A stretch of 63,967 nt of DNA, the filler included. It is 10 parts of 10 records of this genome, joined end to end, with 100 filler letters (N's around TTAATTAATTAA, not from the genome) between each part and the next. Parts side by side here need not be neighbours in the genome. Positions count along the whole stretch, not along the records: positions 41,727 to 48,049 come from SRR11831586_1689; positions 48,150 to 63,967 come from SRR11831586_1692; 8 more parts are not named here. One strand, given 5' to 3'. The notes below the pieces were generated by a model. That model was not told the origin of the DNA. It saw only the letters and a program-made list of their open reading frames with translations, and did no database searches. Below, in pieces: positions 42,617-52,505 of this stretch (position 1 is its first letter; every line of letters begins with the position of its first letter). Made by a program: the position numbers and the translations under genes.

Positions 42617-45600
42617 TCAGAACCGCGCGAGGAGGACAGCCAGTGCTGTTGCAACATACGCGATGGGTAACAGAAGCTTGCACAAGAACGATGCCGCATG
42701 GAGACGAGCAATCTAAGAAGAAACGATGAAGCACAAGCTCAGTATGAGAACACGCATGATAGAGAAGGAGAGGAGGGGTACCAGTGAATTGTAATAACAG
42801 TGATCACCATGCAAGTGCCTTCAGCACTGTTACGGACAGGAGACAACACCATCAACAACAACCACCACCACCACCACCACCGCAATCGCAACCAACCCAC
42901 GGGGCGCAACCCCACGTACCCAAACTTTGCGCCGTCTGGGGTCAATCATGGGCGTAATCTTCCCGCAGCACACCATCTCCGTGGGCTCGTCGCTGTCACT
43001 CGACTCGCCAGGAACCAGCTCAACCTTGCTGGGCTGCTGCGTCTGTGGCTGGGAGCCGCGTTCGTTCACACGAGGCCCGCTCGCAACACCTTCCGAGTGG
43101 TCGGTCTACAGAACCACATCAGCACAGCGCGGAGGGTGGGGAAGCGAGGTTGGATGAAAGGAAACGAAGGGCCAATGACAACAAACCACGGTGGGTTGTG
43201 CGGCGTATAACACACACACCATCCCCAGCATCAACACAAGGCATCACATACCCTAGCGTCCGCATCCGACTCGCGAGGCTGCAGGTACGCGGGCTGACTG
43301 GGGTCCGCACCGGACCCGGGTGCGTTCTGTCCGTGCAGCTTGTGGCCGTGTGGATGGGGGGTGCCCGTATCCGACACGGCTGAGGGGTACATCCCGCGCG
43401 CTCGCATACGTTCGGGGGGCAGCCCCTCCTCGGCAATGAGGGCGATCTGGATGATAGCACCCTGCACACACACGCCATGACAGCCGGTTCAGTGACAGAG
43501 AGAACAGCAAAAGAACACATGTGCTTGCGTTTGGTGTTCCCGCCGAGACAACACTCGATGCAACAAACGAAATGGATGAAGAGACACACACCCACGCTCG
43601 AACACAACCACACGCACACACACAAACTCACGCAACACAACAGATGCACAAAACCAACGACCCAGCGCACCTGTATGATGAGCATGAGGGTTACGAATGC
43701 ATAGGTGACCAGCAGCGCCACTGCCATGCGTGTGATATACGACACAGGCGGGGACAGGTTCACCAGCACAAACGTGAACGCCAGTGTTGCAGCCAACGAA
43801 GTCAGCGGGACCGTCAAGCGCTTGTCCGATCGCAACGCCACGAAGAAACTGAGGTAGGACGCTGCGAAGATGAGCACGAGCGGGATGAAGAACACGGCTA
43901 CGTTGTAGGTGAAGATGCGGTTGGCGTGCACGCGTGTGGTGAGGATGTGAAACCCGCCCAGCAGGCCCGCTGGCGGGACGACCGAGTGCTGCACAAGAGT
44001 CGGGAGATAAGGATAGCCGCACAACGAAAGCGTGGACACAACCCACCTGCCGTCACCCTCGTCATCAAAGAAGCGCGCCACAGAGCACGGCAACCCAAGT
44101 CGGAGCCGACAGCAGAGAGGTGCGTACCTGTGAGTACGAATCGAAGCTCCAGATGGCATCGTTCAGCGCGGCCACGTTGTTCGTCTGCTCGGTGTCGAAG
44201 GTGTTGAGCGCGAACACCACAAAGGACGAGTTGTAAAAGGCGGATCTCATCTGTGTTGATCAACGTTAGGCAATGAGGACAGACAGGTACAGGATGACAC
44301 AGAGCGAATAGGTTGTCGCACCTTAATGTCAAAATTCTGATCGTCGAACGGGAAGTTGCGGGCGTTGATGGGAGCTGCGAACTTGGTGATGTACCGATCC
44401 AGTCGCTAGGGTAAGTACCACACAGTTAGAGATATTGCAGCAAAGCAGTCACAATGCCCTCACAGTTGCGATCCGCAGAGACGAAACCCACAGTCCAGGC
44501 CACGCCCACACATGCAACACAAATACATGATCTTCCGCACAAACACATAAGCACACGCGTGTTGGCTCGCAGCCGTCAGTTCACAGGCACAAATGCACAC
44601 CTCAACCATGCCAGTCGGGTAGATGACCATACGCGACTCGAAAGGCTTTGGCTGATCCCGGTTGTTCACAAACGTGAGCCCAGGCGTCCACAACATCCGG
44701 CCCACAGATCTACAAAGCGCAGAAAATCCATAAATACACAGAAGTACACACACATCCACACTCAACCACCACGCGTGCACATGAGCACAGATATGAACAA
44801 TGCTGGAATGTACCATGAAGAACAAACAAATGTCAAACGCTAACGGCTTGTTGATACGTTACAGCACACCGGCGCATACCCCACCGCAGTCAGATTAGGC
44901 CCCAGACTCACAGCACCGTCACTGCCCGTGTTGGCGGACTCGAGGCGCGCGTCGTACCACATCTGCCGCAGAATGATGTCCGCATAGAACGTCTGCTGCT
45001 GCTCGTTGACCTCGTACAGACTCAGCACCTACCACGGCAACCACCATCGCAGTCAGCTCACAGCTGTGTATCAAATGTGGCGACGACAGAAGACTTGAGG
45101 AAGCAAGAACGTGCACTAAATCTCATCGTGCTGTGTCCGCATGCCTGTAACGTACCTGTGGTGTGACAGCCACCCGAACCACCGACGGGTTGTTTGTGGC
45201 CGCGTCGTAGGACCAGTTGCCGGGTATCACCGCGGCCGCACGTGTCTGTCCACCCGGTAGCTATGCAGACGCATAATGAGCAACCTGGTCAACGGCGCAC
45301 AGAACCACAGCAACGAAACGCACAGCTGGGGCAACAGGATCACGTCTCTCTTGTTACATAGCGCGCATCGAGGCGACATACCACACGGCCATCGTATCCA
45401 AGCGGGGGCATCTTGACACCCGCAGCGCGCACACTCAGACGGGAGCGACTGGCGAGACTGCTTGGGATGGCACCCACAGGGACTGCGGCGTCCGCTACAG
45501 CATCTGGTGGCAGGTGGCGGGACGCGCGAGGGTGAGAACAGAGAACAATCACCAATCATACGAAAGAAAAGGGCGCGAAGGAACGGACTATATTGACACG

Positions 45601-48007
45601 GCTTCGATAGATATTCGAAAGAGTTGGACAATAACGCTCCGCCGCATACGGCCATAGCACATCATTCAGGATCATGAGCAGTCCACAAAGACGTACAAGT
45701 CGCCTGATCGTAAATGTTTCCTCCGTTCAGTCTCAATGCGTTTCGCGAGGCAGCATCCAGCAGAGGTGCGTTCTCCCCTTGCCCCACCACGTATCGAAAC
45801 AGAATCTGGCGCTGGTCCACAGGGGAAGCATAGCCCAACAGGTACGCTCTGCAGAGGACCGAACAACCGCGATGAGGACATCAAGGTAGAGCTAATATGT
45901 GAGAAACAGTACAAGGTGATATGCGAGGACACGCCTCGGCTGACAGTCACCGCGTCACCGCACGTACTCCGCGCCCGAATTCAGCTCCAGACTGATCCGC
46001 AGGGCTGACATGGGCGCGCGCGGGGGCTCGGGGAACCCACTGCCCCCAATCTCCAGCCCGTCCCCGTTGGAGGCAGTTCCGCCCTGGTCCGAGGTGTGCT
46101 CGTCGCGAATCATGCCGTGTACGCCCGCACGCACCGGAGGAAAGCCTACAGCGGCGTAGTGACCGTGGGAGAGTTCGTTCGCGGCCCCGCCGCTGTCTGA
46201 ACCAGGCGTCCCCACTATACACATAGCAAACGTTAGTGAATAGGGTATTCACACCGCAAGAACCAAACAAAGTCGCAGAGTTTGCCACGTACCAAGAACA
46301 GGGGCGCCGCTGCCATCGGGCAGGATGAACGCCACCGGGCGTGAGAAAGTCACCACAATGTCGATCACGTTACCCGTGGAGTAGTTCCCATTGGGGGAGC
46401 TGGCAAACACGTTGGTGATGCTGGGGCCGCCCGTTCGCACAGAAACAGTCGGGCTGAGTGTGACGGCGCGAAGCGACGCCGGTGTAACAAAGGGCACACA
46501 GGTCATCGCCCGTTCCTTTGGCGTGAGCACGGTACCAAAATCGGCTTGCGGCGCATGCTCACCCACCACCATCGTGTGAACGAAAACCAGTGAGTTGGCC
46601 GGTGCCGGGGGTTCCACCACCCCATCCCGTGTGTACGACGCGAACGCGTTAAACTCCGAGCGGTTGAACAGGCGAGCGGTCGACAGGACACTGCCGGGGC
46701 GGAGGTTGAGATAGAGGACGGGATCGCAGGGCAGCTGGGTGTCGACCACATCCGCATCGAAGAACGCAATGATGTACATGACGGTGCTGACACCAAGCAC
46801 GTCGCCGTCAGAAACGCCCCAGATCTGCATGTCGGTCAGGTTCACCGGTGTTTGCACACCAACTGCCGTCCAGTGCGCATCGAAGCCAGGTGCCTCGTTG
46901 ACCGTGGACAGAATAATGAGCGCATGTGGGCCCGGGACAGAAATAGAGCCAGGAAGAGAGGCAGATGTGAGGGTGTGCAGCGTGTGCAGCTCGTTGCCCA
47001 CCACATGGCTGACGGTGATCTGCAGCAAGGTGCGCCACCAACACAACGTCGACAGGAGTCAGACAGCATTTCAAACGACCCATACACACATAGTCATTTG
47101 TCACACGGCCCGTGACTGCGACGTACCGAATCACCCGGTGCGAGCCCGAGTGTATTGAACGTGATCAGCGTGTCAGACTGAGTGCCCACGTCGATGTCCC
47201 AGCTGCACACCACGTTGGGGGGCACGGGGAACGGCGCAAATCCTGGGTGGAACTGCCCGCTGGTGCCACGAAGGAGGGCCTGCCCACAGCCTGCAGCGGA
47301 GAACAGCAGTCAACGCATAATTCCACATGACGAAGACCGATATAGGGCATGTGATAGTGTGTCGGTGGTGTGTTGGGAGGACTTTGCCAATGGTTGAACA
47401 CTGCAAGATGTGCGGACGAGTCAGAGCACCATACCGTGCATGTATCGGAACGTGACTGCCGAACTGATTTCATGCCCATCCACGGTGCGCAACGTTACAG
47501 CACCCGACGCAGGCTGGGACACAGGGCTGAGAAGGGCTGTGATTTTTACCGGCGTCTGTGCAACGATCCGCGCCGGTGTGCCTGCAACCAGCACATCCGC
47601 TACCCGATCTAGCACAAAAAAACAGAAACCAGATCAGGAAAAAGGCAGCCAACAACAATACGAGGCTTGGAAAACCCGCACACAGATCAAACAACACGGT
47701 CAAGTTGGAAACGTATACGGCCCTGTGGGAGAACGCACCTGCTCCCAGGTTATGACCCGTGACGGTCAAGAGTGTGCCACCTCGCAGCGTCGAAAACAGC
47801 GGCGTGACAGCCTCAATGCAGCCTACAGCAGCCGTCGTGGGTGAGCCGTTCAGACAGACACACATCTCACACGTACACTTGACTTCAGAACGGCCATGTA
47901 ATTGAGACGAACGAACAGACACCTCCGGCGAAATACACAACACAACACGTACTGCATGTGTAGTGGATGTACTGCACCGCCGAGGCTGCATTGCTGCACG
48001 CGTCCAA
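42617..48007 (-). CDS. Cys-less pentameric ligand-gated ion channel subunit with N-terminal IPT/TIG, CUB and Ig-like domains, 5'-truncated; exons 48007-47953, 47822-47739, 47608-47435, 47290-47127, 47019-46293, 46214-45968, 45848-45697, 45503-45382, 45260-45156, 45028-44880, 44709-44601, 44405-44322, 44250-44128, 43988-43671, 43461-43252, 43105-42920, 42712-42617
   Basis: 16 GT-AG introns give one 3105-nt open frame; pLGIC motifs FYADIILRQMWYDARL, LWTPGLTFVN, NFPFDDQ, pre-M1 Arg, M1 Pro, PPVSY, and four TM helices. Confidence 0.88.
42853..42880. repeat. (CAA)/(CAC)n microsatellite inside an intron
   Basis: caacaacaaccaccaccaccaccaccac within intron 42713-42919. Confidence 0.75.
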
Positions 48008-48049
48008 CTACAGCACTTAGTTACAAAGCCATGTATAACCAAGAATGCA

Positions 48050-48149
48050 NNNNNNNNNNNNNNNNNNNNNNNNNNNNNNNNNNNNNNNNNNNNTTAATTA
48101 ATTAANNNNNNNNNNNNNNNNNNNNNNNNNNNNNNNNNNNNNNNNNNNN
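48050..48149. other. Artificial contig linker
   Basis: 44 N + TTAATTAATTAA + 44 N. Confidence 0.98.
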
Positions 48150-48196
48150 ATTAAAAAAATTAATGTGTTTCAGTCAATTGCGAAAGGATGATCACA

Positions 48197-48850
48197 ATGA
48201 AGAAAATTGGCGTAATTCTGAGCGGATGCGGCGTCTATGACGGTTCTGAAATTCATGAAGCGGTGTTGACGTTGTTAGCTATTTCACGCAGCGGTGCGCA
48301 GGCGGTCTGCTTTGCACCGGATAAGCAGCAGGTTGATGTTATCAACCATTTAACTGGCGAAGCGATGACGGAAACGCGCAATGTGCTGATTGAAGCGGCA
48401 CGAATAACGCGCGGTGAAATCCGTCCTCTGGCCCAGGCCGATGCCGCTGAACTGGATGCGTTGATTGTGCCGGGGGGGTTTGGCGCGGCGAAGAATTTAA
48501 GCAATTTTGCCAGTCTTGGTAGCGAATGCACCGTTGACCGTGAATTAAAGGCGCTGGCACAAGCGATGCATCAGGCCGGAAAACCGCTTGGTTTTATGTG
48601 TATTGCCCCGGCGATGCTGCCGAAAATTTTCGATTTCCCGCTGCGTTTGACCATCGGTACTGATATCGATACCGCAGAAGTGCTGGAAGAGATGGGCGCG
48701 GAGCATGTGCCGTGTCCTGTCGATGATATCGTGGTTGATGAAGACAATAAGATTGTCACCACCCCAGCATATATGCTGGCGCAGAACATTGCAGAAGCGG
48801 CGAGCGGCATTGATAAGCTGGTTTCCCGCGTGCTGGTTCTGGCTGAATGA
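48197..48850 (+). CDS. elbB: Glyoxalase ElbB
   Basis: [23 protein letters not shown]. Confidence 0.96.
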   Translation: MKKIGVILSGCGVYDGSEIHEAVLTLLAISRSGAQAVCFAPDKQQVDVINHLTGEAMTETRNVLIEAARITRGEIRPLAQADAAELDALIVPGGFGAAKNLSNFASLGSECTVDRELKALAQAMHQAGKPLGFMCIAPAMLPKIFDFPLRLTIGTDIDTAEVLEEMGAEHVPCPVDDIVVDEDNKIVTTPAYMLAQNIAEAASGIDKLVSRVLVLAE

Positions 48851-49575
48851 GTAAAAGCCGCTTAACGGTGTTTAGTTTCGTTCGCCGTTTTCTTTTGCGG
48901 TTAATGGTTGTCCTCGCCGTTTTCTGGGGCGGGGGCATCGCGTTGTTTAGCGTTGCGCCTGTTCCCTTCTCAGCGGTAATGGTCGAGCGACAGGTCAGCG
49001 CCTGGCTGCATGGCAATTTTCGTTACGTGGCACATTCTGACTGGGTCAGTATGGATCAAATCTCGCCGTGGATGGGACTGGCGGTGATTGCCGCAGAAGA
49101 TCAGAAATTTCCTGAGCACTGGGGCTTTGATGTCGCTTCCATTGAGAAAGCCCTGGCGCACAACGAGCGCAATGAAAACCGTATTCGCGGTGCTTCAACG
49201 ATTTCTCAACAGACAGCCAAAAATCTCTTTTTATGGGATGGGCGTAGCTGGGTTCGAAAAGGGCTGGAAGCCGGATTAACGCTGGGGATAGAAACGGTCT
49301 GGAGCAAAAAGCGTATCCTGACGGTTTACCTGAATATCGCCGAATTTGGCGACGGTGTGTTTGGCGTCGAAGCTGCGGCACAACGTTATTTCCACAAACC
49401 CGCGAGCAAACTTACCCGGTCGGAAGCTGCATTACTGGCAGCTGTATTACCTAATCCACTTCGTTTCAAAGTCTCCTCGCCATCGGGCTACGTGCGTAGC
49501 CGTCAGGCGTGGATTTTACGGCAGATGTATCAGTTAGGCGGTGAGCCGTTTATGCAACAACACCAGCTGGATTAA
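48847..49575 (+). CDS. mtgA: Monofunctional peptidoglycan glycosyltransferase
   Basis: AEDQKF and [12 protein letters not shown] motifs. Confidence 0.98.
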   Translation: MSKSRLTVFSFVRRFLLRLMVVLAVFWGGGIALFSVAPVPFSAVMVERQVSAWLHGNFRYVAHSDWVSMDQISPWMGLAVIAAEDQKFPEHWGFDVASIEKALAHNERNENRIRGASTISQQTAKNLFLWDGRSWVRKGLEAGLTLGIETVWSKKRILTVYLNIAEFGDGVFGVEAAAQRYFHKPASKLTRSEAALLAAVLPNPLRFKVSSPSGYVRSRQAWILRQMYQLGGEPFMQQHQLD

Positions 49576-50204
49576 GCTTCGCGCGAAGTGAGGGCCAGCG
49601 TTTTGCTCTCACGAGGTTGCAGATCTTTCTGCAGGGCAATAGCCAGCGCCGGTTGGGCGATAAATCGTTTCCATAACCGCTCTTGCTTACGCAGACAACA
49701 CCACTTCGACCAGGTCGCCAGTGGAATCAATGTGCTTTCACCAATGTTGTCGCAGACGACCGGGATAACCTCTGACTCACTGATGCGGTGACAGAGGATA
49801 TTCTGCGGCTTCAGCGACATCGTCACGATACGGTTATCCTGCAAATAACGCTTCAGCTGTTTCAGTAGCTGGCGCAGTTGTGCAATGTCTTCTTCGTAAC
49901 GGCATTGTTCAGCAAATTCGGTCAGCGTAATGGAAGGCTTGCCGTCAAAATCTGCAATCACATCGTAGACATAACCGGTTCCGCAATCCGTCTCAACGGT
50001 ACCGTGATAGCGCGGTATTCCACTCCAGTCTTTTAACCGGCGACCAAGATGCGCGTAGTACTTTAACTCACGGCGGATCTCTTTATCGCCACCATCGCCA
50101 CGATGGTAGACAATCTTGATACAGCGTTGGGCATCTTCCGGATGCGCATAACATTTCCGATGTCTTCCGGTGCCCAGGGGACTTTGTTCAGATAAGCGAA
50201 TCAT
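49572..50204 (-). CDS. yrbL: PhoP-regulated kinase-like protein YrbL
   Basis: [16 protein letters not shown], 210 aa. Confidence 0.93.
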   Translation of the reverse strand: MIRLSEQSPLGTGRHRKCYAHPEDAQRCIKIVYHRGDGGDKEIRRELKYYAHLGRRLKDWSGIPRYHGTVETDCGTGYVYDVIADFDGKPSITLTEFAEQCRYEEDIAQLRQLLKQLKRYLQDNRIVTMSLKPQNILCHRISESEVIPVVCDNIGESTLIPLATWSKWCCLRKQERLWKRFIAQPALAIALQKDLQPRESKTLALTSREA

Positions 50205-50254
50205 GCCATCTCCTGGAAATATTTTCTGACGATCTCCAGTATGGTCGATTAACT

Positions 50255-50271
50255 TAAACAAAACCTAAACA
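50255..50271 (-). promoter_or_regulatory. PhoP box upstream of yrbL
   Basis: TGTTTA-N5-TGTTTA direct repeat on the minus strand. Confidence 0.85.
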
Positions 50272-50277
50272 ATGCCT

Positions 50278-50294
50278 CTTAAGGTTTTCTTAAG
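50278..50294. promoter_or_regulatory. BasR/PmrA box upstream of yrbL
   Basis: CTTAAG-N5-CTTAAG direct repeat. Confidence 0.75.
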
Positions 50295-50417
50295 GTTCTT
50301 CTGAAAGTGAAAAGCGCACAAAATGTACAAATGACGTTGATTGAGAACGATTTCAGTACGTGATTTTCTTATTGTCGGGGGGAGTTTGAAGGGAGTTGTA
50401 TGTCAAAGTGATGAAGA

Positions 50418-50690
50418 TTAATCTTCATCAAAACCAGAATTAAAGAGGGCGATAACGGCGGCCAGTGCTTCCTCTTCCTGTGGACCGGTCGCTTCAACTT
50501 CAATCTGCCGTCCTTTGGCAGAATCCAACATCAGCAGCGCAATAACGCTGTTGGCTTCAGCCTCGGTGCCTTCGTCATTACGTAAGAGCACTTCAGCGTC
50601 AAAACCCTGCATTAATTCAAACAGCTTCATTGCAGGCCGGGCATGCATGCCCAGCTTGTTTGTGATTTCAACAGTTTGCTTGACGGTCAT
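50418..50690 (-). CDS. npr: Phosphocarrier protein NPr
   Basis: GMHARPA HPr motif. Confidence 0.97.
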
Positions 50691-51541
50691 GGTTTACGTT
50701 TTTCCAGCGTACGATGGCGTGACTGGACGTTTTTACCGCGCGAGCGGAAGTAGTCTGCCAGTTGCTCTGCAATATACACCGAACGGTGCTTCCCGCCGGT
50801 ACAACCAATGGCGACCGTCAAGTAGCTACGGTTGTTGGTTTCCAGCATAGGTAACCATAGCTCAAGATAGCTTCGCGTCTGGTAGATAAAATTGTGTACT
50901 TCTGTGTGGCGGTCGAGGAACGCGGCGACAGGTTTATCAAGACCTGTCATTGGACGCAGTTTCGGATCCCAGTGCGGGTTCGGCAAGAAGCGCACGTCAA
51001 AGACGTAATCTGCATCGATAGGGATACCGTGTTTGAAGCCGAAAGACTCAAAGACCATGGTCAGTTCGCGTTCACGTTTACCCAGCAGACGGGTACGCAG
51101 CATTTCAGCCAGCTCGTGAACGGACATTTCTGAGGTATCGACAATCAGATCCGCTCGCGAACGCAGAGGCTCCAGCAAATCGCTTTCTTTGTCGATAGCA
51201 CTTTCCAGCGACAGGTTTTTGCTGGAAAGCGGATGCAGTCGGCGCGTGTCACTGTAACGACGAATTAAGGTATTACGGTCGGCATCCAGGAACAGGAGTT
51301 GCGGTGAGAAAGCGTCAGGCAGGTTACTCATCGCCTGTTCGAATATTTCTGGTGACTCCGGCATATTACGAACATCAATGCTGACGGCGGCAGAAATCTC
51401 GCGATCGGCCAGGGTTCGAGCCAGATCGGGTAACAACACTACGGGAAGGTTATCCACGCAGTAAAAACCCATATCTTCCAGCGCACGCAGGGCGACAGAT
51501 TTACCTGAACCTGAACGTCCGCTGACGATCATCAGTACCAT
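50687..51541 (-). CDS. rapZ: RNase adaptor RapZ
   Basis: [18 protein letters not shown]. Confidence 0.98.
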
Positions 51542-51586
51542 GTACTGTTTCTCCTCACAACGTCTAAAAGAGACATTACCGAATAA

Positions 51587-52078
51587 CTACGCTTCATCCG
51601 GAGTACCTTCGGTATCCGTAATGATTTGATACAGCTCTTCATCGCTCTGGGCTGCGCGTAAACGGCGGCAGATGGTTTTGTCCGCCAGACGTTTCGCCAC
51701 CAGCGACAGAGTATGCAGGTGCGTTTTAGTTTGGTCTGCCGGCACCAGCAGGGCAAAAAGTAAGTCCACCGGTTGGTTGTCGATGGCATCGAAAGCTATA
51801 GGCGTTTCGAGCTGAACGAAAACGCCAACGGCGCGCAGAGTATCTTCTTCCAGTTTGCCATGCGGAATGGCAATACCATTGCCGATACCGGTACTGCCCA
51901 TTTTTTCCCGCGTCAGGATAGCTTCAAAAACCACCTGAGGCGGCAGGCTAAGTTGTTTCGCCGCCAGCTCGCTGATGATTTCCAGGGCGCGTTTTTTGCT
52001 CTGACAGTGGACGCGGCTTCGCGTACATTCCCTGTTAAGAACACTGCTAAGCTGTAGAGTTGTATCATTATTTGTCAT
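51587..52078 (-). CDS. ptsN: PTS IIA(Ntr)
   Basis: GSTGIGNGIAIPHG. Confidence 0.98.
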   Translation of the reverse strand: MTNNDTTLQLSSVLNRECTRSRVHCQSKKRALEIISELAAKQLSLPPQVVFEAILTREKMGSTGIGNGIAIPHGKLEEDTLRAVGVFVQLETPIAFDAIDNQPVDLLFALLVPADQTKTHLHTLSLVAKRLADKTICRRLRAAQSDEELYQIITDTEGTPDEA

Positions 52079-52195
52079 AATTTCACCTAAGAACCTGCCC
52101 ACTCAAACAGTGGAACAGGCTCGGAGCATTAACCGTACAAATGGCCCGTTGTGCCGCACAACAGACCGCCATGCACATGCTAATTGCCCGGACAA

Positions 52196-52483
52196 TTAGT
52201 GTTGTTTCAGTTTATCTTTATGTTTGGTCAACTGGCGTGCCAGCTTATCAATTAAGCCATCAATGGCAGCGTACATGTCCTGACCTTCCGCGCTGGCATG
52301 AATTTCACCACCGTTTACATGCAGTGTTGCATCTGAGGTGTGGGTGACTTTCTCCACTTTCAGAACAACATAGACCTGGTTGATTCGGTCAAAATATTGC
52401 TCAAGTTTGGCAAATTTGGCTGTAACAAATTCGCGCAGTGCCTCGGTGATCTCGACGTTATTTCCGGTAATGTTGAGCTGCAT
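52196..52483 (-). CDS. hpf: Ribosome hibernation promoting factor
   Basis: MQLNITGNNVEIT, DMYAAID. Confidence 0.97.
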   Translation of the reverse strand: MQLNITGNNVEITEALREFVTAKFAKLEQYFDRINQVYVVLKVEKVTHTSDATLHVNGGEIHASAEGQDMYAAIDGLIDKLARQLTKHKDKLKQH

Positions 52484-52505
52484 AGTGTCTTCCTTATCGG
52501 TTGGG

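Noticed and set aside
42800-43210. Poly-His, poly-Trp and poly-Val ORFs
   Set aside because: Translations of an intronic (CAC)n microsatellite and of the antisense strand of channel exons.
43119-44159. 346-aa ORF as a standalone membrane protein
   Set aside because: Only 43988-43671 is coding in this frame (M1-M3); the rest is intron read-through.
30018-48049. Eukaryotic genes horizontally inserted into E. coli, or the reverse
   Set aside because: Every boundary is an artificial N-linker; no real junction is present.
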